Source of the DNA: Candidatus Levybacteria bacterium RIFCSPLOWO2_01_FULL_38_21
GTDB taxonomy: Bacteria > Patescibacteriota > Microgenomatia > Levybacterales > UBA12049
DNA: 64,000 bases
NCBI GenBank assembly: GCA_001782475.1
Contig: MFOT01000024.1
Coordinates: forward strand, 42,578-106,577
Reading direction: 5' to 3'
Shown here one piece after another: positions 26,798-36,454 of this stretch. A program made the position numbers and the translations under genes. The notes under the pieces are model-generated. The model saw only the letters and a program-made list of their open reading frames with translations. It was not told where the DNA came from and ran no database searches. Position 1 is the stretch's first letter. Every line of letters begins with the position of its first letter.

Positions 26798-27540
26798 AAG
26801 CCGTGCGCGTATCTATGAATAAAAAAACCTTCTGAGAAATCGTTGCCGCTCTGTGTCCCTCGAAGTTTTGCTAAGGTTTTAAGTGCTTCTGGAGAACGTG
26901 GATTTGGGAAGTTTCGAAGCTGAGATCTGTATAACCTTATTGCTTTTGATTTATTCTCAATCTCCTTTTCGTTAAGTGGAATAAAGAAATTCGGTATGAG
27001 CTGTTCTCCGCTATTCCAAAAATCTACCAATTCCTCATATCCCAGAACAATTGACACAAAGTGTTTTACATCTTTTTCCGAAGGACGAAGGCCTGCATGC
27101 GCTGCGTAAGCTGCGACCCGATGATCTTGATTGTACGAGTGGAATGATGGAAAAGCAACGATTGAGGGTCGGACCCTCTCAAGAGAAACAATACCTCCCC
27201 GCTCTATCGTATCCATTATCGGAAGTTGTCCGAGTCTATCGAGCTTTAGATGATATTTATTTCCAGGGAATGCGATGGCGTAATTATCGTATTTTAGAAA
27301 TGCCGCAACTTTTTTTATTTCTTTTTTCCGCTCTGAGGTTTTTGAGACTCCGTTTTTTGAAAAATCTTGGGCATCGCCCAGCGTCAAGAACAAGACATAA
27401 ACTTTCCCGCCTTCTTTTTTAATTTTTTGAATGAGTCCGCCGCACCCAATGACCTCATCATCCGGATGCGGAGCAATTACTAACAATCTCTGCCCTTTAA
27501 AATCCATCATGTAAAAGGGCAGTATCGCATAGGATATCAT
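26794..27540 (-). CDS. PIG-L/LmbE-family N-acetylglucosaminyl deacetylase
   Basis: LVIAPHPDDEVIGCGG (AHPDDE motif). Confidence 0.75.
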   Translation of the reverse strand: MISYAILPFYMMDFKGQRLLVIAPHPDDEVIGCGGLIQKIKKEGGKVYVLFLTLGDAQDFSKNGVSKTSERKKEIKKVAAFLKYDNYAIAFPGNKYHLKLDRLGQLPIMDTIERGGIVSLERVRPSIVAFPSFHSYNQDHRVAAYAAHAGLRPSEKDVKHFVSIVLGYEELVDFWNSGEQLIPNFFIPLNEKEIENKSKAIRLYRSQLRNFPNPRSPEALKTLAKLRGTQSGNDFSEGFFIHRYAHGL

Positions 27541-27582
27541 AGAAGAAAACTTCTTTCAAGAAGAATTTCTAGAATGAGAGGT

Positions 27583-28416
27583 TTATAATTTTTTCGCTAT
27601 CTTGTAGAGTCCGAATAAAACGGCAATAAGAAAAAGAATATTAATGACTATGTTTCCTCCAACTGCCTGATTTACGAAACCTCCGGCATTGGTAATCATT
27701 TTGGTAAATCCCTCAAGATTTTTCATTCCCAGATTGCCGGTTGCATTAAGGTATATAATAATACCTCCCGTTAAAAAGAAGATGATACTTGCTATTAAGT
27801 TACTCATAATTAGCGTTCTTTCCCTGCCAAGAAAGTGAAACTTAAGAACCGGTTTTCTAAGCACCATAAATCTATCCATCTTTCCCGAAAGAAAAACCGA
27901 AATGATAAGAAGAGGTGTTACCATCCCAAGAACATATAATGCGCCGATACCTAATGCGCCGAGAAAATTGGGTGAGAGAAAAGTAAGAGTCAGAATTCCA
28001 ATAAGAACCGGCGCGCAGCAGGCGCTTGTTATTCCGGAAAAAATACCCAAAGTGAAGATCGATAAAACATCTGTTTTCCCCGAAGCTCCTTGAGAAAGAT
28101 GCGGCATGGGAAGTTTAATATCAAGAAATGTTACTAGAGCTGTTGCAAGCATTACTAAACCGCCAATAAAGTAGATCGTATCATGATAGACAAACAAAGC
28201 CTTTGAAAGAAGAGCAACCCCTAGAACTGCAGGCATCATTACTATAAAGATGCCAAAGCCAAATACAAGCGTCATTAAAAGTACTTTTTCTTTTTCCTTA
28301 AATACACCACCAAGATAGGCAGGGAGAAGAAACGTTATGCAGCATGGAGCAAAAAGGGCAACAGTTCCTGCGGCAAATGCCGCGATAAGAGATGTCTGAA
28401 AAAGTGCATTTTCCAT
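27583..28416 (-). CDS. polytopic membrane protein with two vicinal-Cys motifs in TM helices (MerT/DsbD_2-like)
   Basis: FAPCCITFLLPAYLGG and TSACCAPVLIGIL each embed a Cys pair in a hydrophobic helix; about 7 TM segments. Confidence 0.4.
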   Translation of the reverse strand: MENALFQTSLIAAFAAGTVALFAPCCITFLLPAYLGGVFKEKEKVLLMTLVFGFGIFIVMMPAVLGVALLSKALFVYHDTIYFIGGLVMLATALVTFLDIKLPMPHLSQGASGKTDVLSIFTLGIFSGITSACCAPVLIGILTLTFLSPNFLGALGIGALYVLGMVTPLLIISVFLSGKMDRFMVLRKPVLKFHFLGRERTLIMSNLIASIIFFLTGGIIIYLNATGNLGMKNLEGFTKMITNAGGFVNQAVGGNIVINILFLIAVLFGLYKIAKKL

Positions 28417-29364
28417 TTATGCTCCGCACCCTCCCGGAGCAGCGAAACCTGGAATATTCTGTACTTGTTGGTGCACTTTTTGCATACCTTGCAAAGATGA
28501 ATACTCGGCTGCAAGAACTTTTTTTGCGTCAACGGTATTCCATTTTGCCCCTTGCTTATCAAGATATGCTGCAAGCTCAACGTATTGCTGAGGAAACCAG
28601 AATGAATTAAGCGCTAAAACGTCTTTGTATATTTGACGCTCAGACACACCTTGTTTTACCGCAAGCTCAATGTATCCTAAGGCTGCCATGCCGTGATTGC
28701 AGTCCGGAAATGATGTTGGATTACCACAACAAGGTCTATAAATATTCTGCGCTATTTTTTTAACAATTTCCTGTTGCTGTGGCGTTAGCTTAATAATCTC
28801 TTGCGATGAATAGAGTTGGCTGGTGGGTTTTGAGCCCAGATTCCATCCTCCGGTTGAAGCATAAGCCATGGGGTCTTTGTTTCCATACGTTTTCATTGCT
28901 CCCTCCGAAAGAATAGGATTTTTATTCACAAGTCCTAATGCCCATAATGTATTTACCATAAAACGTGAGTTTTTTTCACTAATCATCATGTGGTTACCAG
29001 ATGGATTATTAAGGTATTTCATCTGCTCTTTTGCAAAAGAATCCTGAGCAAACAACTCTGCGTATTTTACCTTATCTATTACGCCTGATGAAATAAGCTG
29101 TTTTCCAATATCGTTCCATTTTACCGAAAGTATATAGCCTTGTTGAGGCACTACCTGCTGCTTTAATATCTGCACAAATTCTTCGGGACTTTTTGTTTTT
29201 TGGTAAAGAGCAGCAATCTGGTTATTGAAGTTTCTTTTCATAAGATAGTATTCAAAAAGACCAACTGCCGCAGATGATTCGATTATCAATATTACTACCA
29301 GGTAAAGAGGGATTGCCTTATTAAGAACTGACTTTAACTTTTTTCTGGTCCTCTTACTTCTCAT
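28417..29364 (-). CDS. membrane-anchored extracytoplasmic protein with a Cys-rich motif
   Basis: N-terminal TM helix; RPCCGNPTSFPDCNHG; C-terminal GGCGA. Confidence 0.35.
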   Translation of the reverse strand: MRSKRTRKKLKSVLNKAIPLYLVVILIIESSAAVGLFEYYLMKRNFNNQIAALYQKTKSPEEFVQILKQQVVPQQGYILSVKWNDIGKQLISSGVIDKVKYAELFAQDSFAKEQMKYLNNPSGNHMMISEKNSRFMVNTLWALGLVNKNPILSEGAMKTYGNKDPMAYASTGGWNLGSKPTSQLYSSQEIIKLTPQQQEIVKKIAQNIYRPCCGNPTSFPDCNHGMAALGYIELAVKQGVSERQIYKDVLALNSFWFPQQYVELAAYLDKQGAKWNTVDAKKVLAAEYSSLQGMQKVHQQVQNIPGFAAPGGCGA

Positions 29365-29365
29365 A

Positions 29366-29866
29366 TTATTTAATAACTGTCCCTGTTAATGTAAAAGTTA
29401 ATTTTGAATTTCTGCTATCATTTGTTTCTATTAGAACAAATCTGTTGATTGGTCCAATTCCCTGCACTCCGTGAAAAGCCGGGTCAAAAATAGCAGTAAG
29501 CTTTGCTTTGTCTCCTGCAGGCACTTCCCCCACCCACGAAGAAATGCTATCCATGCCAAAGTCCGGACTATCCTCTTCGGCAATTGTTACGCGTGCCTTT
29601 GTGCAATGACATGATGTTTTTACATTAAAAACCTTAAGCACCCCGCTTCCTGCGTTTTTGATAGTAAAAGTTTTTGTTACATTTCCGCCGTTTATTGGTA
29701 CGTTGCCCAAGTCAAAGCTTGTTGGTTCTAAGGTATATGCTTTGGCGTCTTTTGAGGCACCTGCTTTCGGCGTATTATTTGTTGTTGAGCCTAGAACGAA
29801 TACACCGCCAAAAATAATAATAACCGTTATAACAATCACTAAGATGATCAACTTTTTTTCATTCAT
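29366..29866 (-). CDS. DUF1573-like membrane-anchored protein (CxC motif)
   Basis: N-terminal TM helix; KTFTIKNAGSGVLKVFNVKTSCHCTKARV resembles the DUF1573 beta-sandwich with a conserved SCgCT. Confidence 0.4.
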   Translation of the reverse strand: MNEKKLIILVIVITVIIIFGGVFVLGSTTNNTPKAGASKDAKAYTLEPTSFDLGNVPINGGNVTKTFTIKNAGSGVLKVFNVKTSCHCTKARVTIAEEDSPDFGMDSISSWVGEVPAGDKAKLTAIFDPAFHGVQGIGPINRFVLIETNDSRNSKLTFTLTGTVIK

Positions 29867-30144
29867 ACACTTTTCCCATTATTTCTAAAGATTCGCATAA
29901 TCTCTTCTACCGATTGCTTGGTCTTTCCGCTTTTTATAAAATCGACAATACATCTTTTTAGGTGGTTTTGCAAAAGAAGATAGTCAACTTCTCTAAGTGC
30001 ACTTTGGACTGCCCGGGATTGGTTGATGATATCGATGCAGTATTGATCTTCCTTGATCATTTTTGTGACTTTCTCAAGATGCCCTCTTGTTATCTTTAAG
30101 CGATGGAGAATTCGTTCTTCTATATTTCTTGGTCTATATGCCAT
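29863..30144 (-). CDS. CsoR/RcnR/FrmR-family metal-sensing transcriptional repressor
   Basis: ILHRLKITRGHLEKVTKMIKEDQYCIDIINQSRAVQSALREVDYLLLQNHLKRC carries the C-H-C metal-ligand pattern; the start is probably the MAYRPRN Met. Confidence 0.65.
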   Translation of the reverse strand: MAYRPRNIEERILHRLKITRGHLEKVTKMIKEDQYCIDIINQSRAVQSALREVDYLLLQNHLKRCIVDFIKSGKTKQSVEEIMRIFRNNGKSV

Positions 30145-30226
30145 ACCTGTGCTGAGTATACCGAAGTATATCCCCCTCCTGGGGATATTATCACAAAAAT
30201 AAAAATACATTGCAAGTAGGAAAAGG

Positions 30227-31558
30227 CTATGTGGGCTGATTGCCGTTGTCACGCTTGTTTCTCCTAATTGCAAGCTCTTGTGCGCCAGTGGTTCTTATTG
30301 CTTTTGGATCTTCATCAAAATATGGACGGAGTTTTTCGGCTCGGGTGGGATCGCGGAGTTTTCCTAAGGCTTGTGCTTCAATTTGACGAATTCTTTCTCG
30401 AACTACATTAAACTCCCGACCAATCTCTTCCAGAGTTCTCCCTCTGCCATCCTCAAGGCCATAACGCAATATAAGAACTTTTTGCTCTTTCGGTGGTAGG
30501 GTTGCTAACGTTTCCATTAATGCTTTTTTACGTTCTGCCTCAAAGCTTTCTTCGTGAACGTCTGGTCCTCTATCTGGTATAAATTCGCCAAACTCGTCTA
30601 CTCCTTCGCCTACTGGTTCATTAAGTGAGACAATTTGTTGTGCTTTAATGGCAGCCAGAAGTACTGCCCCGCCTGCATCAAGCTCATCAGCCATGTCTTC
30701 AAGGCTTGGCTCGTAACCGAGCTCTTGAGCAAGCTGAGCTTTTACCTCCTTATACCGACGGAGCTTCTCTTTGGCGTGGGCAGGTATACGAATTGCTGAT
30801 CCATAATTAGCAATTCCCCTGATAATCGCTTGGCGAATCCACCAGACAGCATAAGTTGAAAATCTATACCTTGGTCGATTATCGTATTTTGCCGCAGCAA
30901 TCATAAGACCAATGTTACCGAAACTAATTAACTCGGGGAGCGATAAGCCCAGTCCTTGATATTTCTTAGCCCAAGAAACAGAAAGTCGCAAATTAGTATT
31001 AACCAAATCATTGTATGATTCAAGACCTTTGTACAGACGGTTAGTCTGCCGATCGATAAATTCCTGGAGAGTCCGTTCTCTTAGCTGGGTAGTCTCAATT
31101 TGCTCAATAGTCTCAAGCCTCTCTCTTACCTGGTCAACGTAACTTTCCGCAATTTTCACTAACTTGTTGTTAAAGTGGTCGAGAAGAAATCGGGCTTGTC
31201 GTGCTTGTAGTGATTGTTTATCTTCAAATAGGAAACTGATCTTTTCTTTCTGGGGTGGTGTTAGCAAGCTCGACTGGACTGTTTCCCTAAGAGCCAGAAG
31301 GGCCAGTTGACCAGCAAAAATTCGGCGAGCGCACCGCCATTGTTCCTCAGTTTCAAGTATCTTGAATTGACCAATCTCTTCTAGATAAAGACTGACCGGA
31401 TTGATATCTTCCCCATCATCCTCCGCATCTGGATGGTAATCAATCGCTCCAACTGCTTCTCCGAGTCGTCCAATTAGTGATTTTGGGCCGCTTAAAGTCT
31501 CGGGGACAATGTCCTTTGTAGGCAAAATATTTCCTCGCTCAACCCCAGCGCTCATCAT
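30227..31558 (-). CDS. rpoD: RNA polymerase sigma-70 factor
   Basis: Region 2 (YAVWWIRQAIIRGI) and region 4 (TLEEIGREFNVVRERIRQIEAQALGKLR). Confidence 0.85.
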   Translation of the reverse strand: MMSAGVERGNILPTKDIVPETLSGPKSLIGRLGEAVGAIDYHPDAEDDGEDINPVSLYLEEIGQFKILETEEQWRCARRIFAGQLALLALRETVQSSLLTPPQKEKISFLFEDKQSLQARQARFLLDHFNNKLVKIAESYVDQVRERLETIEQIETTQLRERTLQEFIDRQTNRLYKGLESYNDLVNTNLRLSVSWAKKYQGLGLSLPELISFGNIGLMIAAAKYDNRPRYRFSTYAVWWIRQAIIRGIANYGSAIRIPAHAKEKLRRYKEVKAQLAQELGYEPSLEDMADELDAGGAVLLAAIKAQQIVSLNEPVGEGVDEFGEFIPDRGPDVHEESFEAERKKALMETLATLPPKEQKVLILRYGLEDGRGRTLEEIGREFNVVRERIRQIEAQALGKLRDPTRAEKLRPYFDEDPKAIRTTGAQELAIRRNKRDNGNQPT

Positions 31559-31645
31559 CTGAATTCTAGATAGCTTTTTAACATTTGTAAAGAGACAAAA
31601 CTAAGTTTTCTGCCGACGGGCTAGAATTTTTCCAAGAGGGCTTCT

Positions 31646-32110
31646 TTACTGAGAGAATTGGGATGCATCAGCAGTATTTTTGTCAAGATCCGCGCCGACT
31701 GCATCGGGATTTGAATTTTCCACTTGCTGCAAGGCATTTAGAACATCCTGTTGGCTTGTGATTGGTTGTTTTGATACTATTTCTTGATTCTGATCGCTCG
31801 GCGTTGGCGTTATAATTTGCTGAGCCTGTGGTGTTGGAACAGCAGGCTTATTGGACTTACCCAGCGTTCTCGAAAATATTATTACGATAAGTATTATAGC
31901 TAGTACTAAAACTGCACCAATGATTAAAAACATTAATTTATTATCGCTCTTGGGCGATTTGCTCTCTTTAGGATCATCTGCTGAAGCTGAATTGTCAGCT
32001 TGTGGTTGGTCAAGCGGTTGAGAAGCCACTTGTTGATTTTCAACTGGTTGAGTGTTTTGTTGCGTACTATCCATTGTATTGTTTACTTGCGTATTATCTT
32101 GATTATCCAT
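31646..32110 (-). CDS. hypothetical Q/N-rich membrane protein
   Basis: Single TM helix LMFLIIGAVLVLAIILIVIIF; low-complexity regions. Confidence 0.3.
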   Translation of the reverse strand: MDNQDNTQVNNTMDSTQQNTQPVENQQVASQPLDQPQADNSASADDPKESKSPKSDNKLMFLIIGAVLVLAIILIVIIFSRTLGKSNKPAVPTPQAQQIITPTPSDQNQEIVSKQPITSQQDVLNALQQVENSNPDAVGADLDKNTADASQFSQ

Positions 32111-32116
32111 ATTATT

Positions 32117-32824
32117 TTATTGTGATAAAGTTGGCAAAGCTGTCGGCTCTATGCTTGGCTGAGTGGCCGACCCAGTAGCATTCCCTTCTCCAGTTCCTCT
32201 TATTGAAGCAACTGCAACAATTAAGTTTCTCACAGACTTTTTATAAGCCTTAAGTCCTGCAATAACTGCGTGCATGTCTTCTTTGAATTGATCCAATTGC
32301 CCTTTAGGATCATTTCCATCGCATTTGAAATTCGCAATATCTGTCTGTATTGCCTGTAAAAGTGGTGCTATTGCGTTTTTATTTGTTTGAATATCCAAAA
32401 CTAAAGCATTATAGTTTGACAAAGTCTTTCCTTGCGGAACCAATCTTGTCAAATAATAGTTTTGAATTCTTGTTGCTATTGAATCAAATACTTCTACCAT
32501 ACGGTTTGCATGGCGGATCATTTGATTTGAGCGATTAACTATATTTTTTTCGCGCAGCCGGCATACACGCAGTTTGGCTTCTTCAAGACGGCCTTTACCA
32601 AATGGAGGCGTACCCGATGGCCTATTGAATGGCAAAGCTCCTCCCGGTGAAGCAGGTTTTCCCCAAACTGTCGTATACGTCTGCTTTTTCAACAAACCCG
32701 GTGGAACATTCTGACCTGATGCTGAATTATCAACCGCAGAGACTTGAGAAGCAAAAACAAGTAATGAAACTGCAAGAATTATCAAAGATATTATAAAAAA
32801 ATGTGAATTTAAAACTTTCCTCAT
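32117..32824 (-). CDS. hypothetical secreted protein
   Basis: N-terminal signal/TM helix FFIISLIILAVSLLVFASQVSA. Confidence 0.3.
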   Translation of the reverse strand: MRKVLNSHFFIISLIILAVSLLVFASQVSAVDNSASGQNVPPGLLKKQTYTTVWGKPASPGGALPFNRPSGTPPFGKGRLEEAKLRVCRLREKNIVNRSNQMIRHANRMVEVFDSIATRIQNYYLTRLVPQGKTLSNYNALVLDIQTNKNAIAPLLQAIQTDIANFKCDGNDPKGQLDQFKEDMHAVIAGLKAYKKSVRNLIVAVASIRGTGEGNATGSATQPSIEPTALPTLSQ

Positions 32825-32880
32825 CTTCTTAAAGAATACGAGATATTAAAGCATTTTGTCAAGTAACCTTTTTAAAAAAA

Positions 32881-34308
32881 CTACTTAATTCTTTCTACGC
32901 TCGTTGTTCCGTCTTCATTGTCCTGAATCTCATACCCTAATTTTTTAATCTTGTGCCTTACTTGATCTGCGAGATGATATCTTTTTTTCTTTCGCAATTC
33001 ATTTCTCTCCTCAACTAATTTTTGAATATTTTCCGGAATTTTTTCTTCCTCTTTTTTTATGTAATTTTTTGCATTTTCCAAATCAAGTCCCAAAACTTTA
33101 TCAAATTTAAAAAGGCTTTCTGCCTTAGCCCTCATTGGATAGTCTGATTTAACAAGGTCCCAAACTATGCTTAATGCCTGCGGGATATTTAAATCATCGT
33201 TAATCGCATTAAGAAATTTTTCTTCATATTCTGCGCATCCGATTTTTGGTGTGTCATAAGTTGAAACAATTTCTCTTAAATGATTTAAAGCAGTTTGAGC
33301 TCCCTTAAGTGCTTTAAATGTAAAATTCATTTTAGAACGATAGTGAATTGTTAGTGTGAGGTAGCGAAAGGAGAGGGGGTCGAATCCTTTTTTTTCAAGA
33401 TCAGAAATTGTGTAGATATTTCTCTTGGAACGAGACATTTTCTCTTCATTCACCAATAAATGCCCAGCGTGAACCCAGTAGTTTACAAATTTACTGCCGG
33501 TTGCAGCCTCGCTTTGTGCAATTTCATCCTCATGATGAGGAAAAATTAAATCCTCTCCGCCTGTATGGATATCGAAAGTATCACCTAGGTATTTGATGCT
33601 CATCGCAGAGCACTCAATATGCCAACCCGGAAAGCCAAGCCCCCAAGGGCTGTCCCATTTCATGAGCCTCTCTTTTTCTGCTTTTTTCCAGAGCGCAAAA
33701 TCAGCACTGTCTTTTTTATCAGTCTCAAGCGATACTCTAACTGCCTTTAAAAGATTGTCCATCTTCGAAAGAGTATTTCCCGAAAGCTTTCCATAGTTTT
33801 TAAACTTTTTAACATCAAAATAGACTGTTCCGTCAACCTCATATGCGAAGCCTTTTTTAAGAAGGACTTTGATAATTTCGATCATCTCCTTAATATTTTC
33901 GCTGGCCTTAGGATAGACAGTTGCAGGCAGAATATTTAATTTCTTTTCGTCCTCAAGATAAATTTTTGTAAAATGATCAGCAATCTCTTCGGGTGTTTTT
34001 TCCATCTTTATTGCTTCCTCTATTATCGGATCTATCTGTTCGACTTGTGGTGAGCCTGTCGAACCATGATGTCCTGTACCGATATTCCGCATATGTCCTA
34101 CATCGGTTATGTTCTTGATATATAAAACTCTATAACCGTTGTACATTAAAACCCGCCGCAAAAGATCCGAAGTGATATATGTTCTAAAGTTTCCTATATG
34201 AACTTCTCTATAAACCGTAGGTCCGCAGGTGTAAATACTAACCTTATCTTTATCAATTGGCTTAAACTCTTCAATTTTCCGGGAAAGTGTGTTATAAATT
34301 CTTAACAT
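32881..34308 (-). CDS. cysS: cysteine--tRNA ligase
   Basis: [17 protein letters not shown] (HIGH) and KMSRSKRN (KMSKS). Confidence 0.9.
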   Translation of the reverse strand: MLRIYNTLSRKIEEFKPIDKDKVSIYTCGPTVYREVHIGNFRTYITSDLLRRVLMYNGYRVLYIKNITDVGHMRNIGTGHHGSTGSPQVEQIDPIIEEAIKMEKTPEEIADHFTKIYLEDEKKLNILPATVYPKASENIKEMIEIIKVLLKKGFAYEVDGTVYFDVKKFKNYGKLSGNTLSKMDNLLKAVRVSLETDKKDSADFALWKKAEKERLMKWDSPWGLGFPGWHIECSAMSIKYLGDTFDIHTGGEDLIFPHHEDEIAQSEAATGSKFVNYWVHAGHLLVNEEKMSRSKRNIYTISDLEKKGFDPLSFRYLTLTIHYRSKMNFTFKALKGAQTALNHLREIVSTYDTPKIGCAEYEEKFLNAINDDLNIPQALSIVWDLVKSDYPMRAKAESLFKFDKVLGLDLENAKNYIKKEEEKIPENIQKLVEERNELRKKKRYHLADQVRHKIKKLGYEIQDNEDGTTSVERIK

Positions 34309-34315
34309 AAGAGGC

Positions 34316-34807
34316 TTATCCGCTTGTGCCGGGAAATTTCTCTACTCTCTCTCGAATTTTTTGAACAAGGGGCGGCGGTTCCTTTTTCTTTTTTTCCGCA
34401 AGCTCAACCATCTCCTCTCTTTCCTCCCGCTCAACTTTCTCAGTAGGCCTTTCTTCCTTCTGAGATTTAGGTGGATTTACTAAAGGTTCGTAATAAACTG
34501 CTTTATGAAGCTCTCGTCTTAACTCTTCAAGCTTTTTTTTCTTTTCTATTGCCTGCGGAGTATTATCCTCGGGCTGTTGAAGGTTTTGATTCGTTGATTT
34601 ATTTGGCAACTGACCTACCTTCTCATCGCTTTCTTTATATAATGACTTAACAATATCTTGCGTATCTTGACTTCGCCCACTTATTTGTGATCCGGCCGCT
34701 TTTGCCGTATCGGAAACTGCAGCAGCAGCAACTTTTCCTGATTTTTTTATCAGGGAGATTCCCGACTCCAGTGCCTCCTCCCCGCTTAAAACTCCCCCCT
34801 TACTCAT
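34316..34807 (-). CDS. hypothetical charged protein
   Basis: K/E-rich low-complexity sequence. Confidence 0.3.
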   Translation of the reverse strand: MSKGGVLSGEEALESGISLIKKSGKVAAAAVSDTAKAAGSQISGRSQDTQDIVKSLYKESDEKVGQLPNKSTNQNLQQPEDNTPQAIEKKKKLEELRRELHKAVYYEPLVNPPKSQKEERPTEKVEREEREEMVELAEKKKKEPPPLVQKIRERVEKFPGTSG

Positions 34808-35438
34808 AAACTTGTCTTCCCTCCATAGCCCTTTGAAGTGTTATTTCATCTGCATATTCAATATCTGCTCCAACCGGAAGTCCTCTTCCAATCCTAGTAA
34901 TTGTTAATTGTTGATTGTTAATTGTTGATTGTTCGCGAAATTTTTTCGCGATATACATCGCAGTTGCCTCCCCCTCCATTGTAGGATTTGTTGCTAAAAT
35001 TATCTCTTTAATTCCTTCTTTCTTAAATCCATTTGATGATTCCTTGACTCTTTCCAAGAGTTCTTTTACGTAAATCTCATCCGGCCCGATATTGTTTAAC
35101 GGATCAATTCTTCCATGAAGAACATGATAGACCCCGTTGTATTTTCCGCTTTTTTCAAAAGACAAAACATCCAAAGGGCTTTCAACAACACAAATTGTTG
35201 AGCTGTCTCTTTTTTCATCAGAACAGATATGGCACGGATCGCTTTCCGCAACCAAAAAACAGATTGAACACAAAACTGTATCTCTTTTTAGATTTTGGAC
35301 TGATAAAGAAAACTTGTCCAATTCACCTTGAGGTACATGCAAGAGATAAAAAGTTAAACGCTGGGCAGTCTTAGGACCAATCCCTGGTAATCTCTCGAAA
35401 GATTCAACCAGATTTTGTATTGCTTTTGGAATTTTCAT
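34800..35438 (-). CDS. recR: recombination protein RecR
   Basis: HhH motif (LPGIGPKTAQRL), C4 zinc finger (CSICFLVAESDPCHICSD) and Toprim domain; carries an in-frame heptad-repeat insert TINNQQLTITR. Confidence 0.85.
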   Translation of the reverse strand: MKIPKAIQNLVESFERLPGIGPKTAQRLTFYLLHVPQGELDKFSLSVQNLKRDTVLCSICFLVAESDPCHICSDEKRDSSTICVVESPLDVLSFEKSGKYNGVYHVLHGRIDPLNNIGPDEIYVKELLERVKESSNGFKKEGIKEIILATNPTMEGEATAMYIAKKFREQSTINNQQLTITRIGRGLPVGADIEYADEITLQRAMEGRQVYE

Positions 35439-35509
35439 AAAAATTATTGCTCAATTACTTTATTGTTCGATCGCTTCAACAATTTAGCAATGAAACAATT
35501 TAACAATTT

Positions 35510-36433
35510 TTATTCTAGCTCTTTGGCTATCATCTCTGATATCGACAGAATTTCTAGCTTACCAAAACGCTTCTCTTCCGGAACATCAATCGTATCTGTT
35601 ACGAAAATTTTTGATGCTCTTAAATTTTGCAAAATATTCTTTGCATCGTTTGAAAAAACAGGATGGGTTGCAAAGACAATATTTTCTTCTATTCCGTTTT
35701 TAACTAAAAGGTCAACAGCTGAGGCAATTGTTCTTCCAGTTGAAATCATATCATCAACAATAATAGCTCTTTTTACTCGTTTTTTCCAGCCTGAAGAAGC
35801 GCTATCTATTCTATTTGACTTGATATCTCCGCTTACCAAGTCTCTATCTTTAACTATTGATATAAAAGGCATATTTGAAAGCAGTTCTGATAAAATTTTT
35901 ATTCTTCTTATTCCTCCCATATCCGGAGAAACTAGAATAGTATCTTTTAAAAAATGGGGGGTGGCGATCTCCTTTATTTTCTCTGCAATAATAGGAAGAG
36001 CGGAAAGATGGACAATGGGAATTGAAAAAAGCTCGGGTATTTTTATTGAATGAAGATCAAAGGTAATAAGCTTATCCATTCCAACTGCCTCAAGAGTTTC
36101 TATAATCACTTCCAAAGAAACTGCTTCGCCGTCTCGAAAAACATGATCTTGTCTCTGATACCCAAGATACGGAACAACTGCTGTTATTGATTTTGCTCCG
36201 CTTCGTTTTAGCGCATCTACAATAAAAAACAGCTCCATATAGTGAGTATCGGGATTTGGGGAGGTAGACTCAATAATAACAGTATCCTCATCTACTACTC
36301 TATCGGTAACCCGGACTCTTCTTTCTCCGTCTGGAAAAATAACAATTTCAAGAGGCGAGATTAGGGTATTTAAACTTTTTGTAATTTTTTCTGCCAACGG
36401 CTTATTGGAGGATCCGGAAAAAACCTTCATCAA
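35510..36433 (-). CDS. prs: ribose-phosphate pyrophosphokinase
   Basis: IIVDDMISTGRT PRPP-binding motif; overall Prs architecture. Confidence 0.85.
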   Translation of the reverse strand: MMKVFSGSSNKPLAEKITKSLNTLISPLEIVIFPDGERRVRVTDRVVDEDTVIIESTSPNPDTHYMELFFIVDALKRSGAKSITAVVPYLGYQRQDHVFRDGEAVSLEVIIETLEAVGMDKLITFDLHSIKIPELFSIPIVHLSALPIIAEKIKEIATPHFLKDTILVSPDMGGIRRIKILSELLSNMPFISIVKDRDLVSGDIKSNRIDSASSGWKKRVKRAIIVDDMISTGRTIASAVDLLVKNGIEENIVFATHPVFSNDAKNILQNLRASKIFVTDTIDVPEEKRFGKLEILSISEMIAKELE

Positions 36434-36454
36434 CTTTTATTGTACTATGAAGTT

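Noticed and set aside
34893-34935. Possible CRISPR array suggested by short tandem repeats (also 40312-40349, 47012-47049, 54624-54659)
   Set aside because: The units are 7 nt with no unique spacers and are embedded in frame in ORFs, so these are microsatellites, not CRISPR repeats. No cas genes are in the window.
35415-36053. 212-aa plus-strand ORF opposite prs
   Set aside because: Antisense to a gene with an unambiguous PRPP-synthetase motif; serine/isoleucine-rich nonsense translation.
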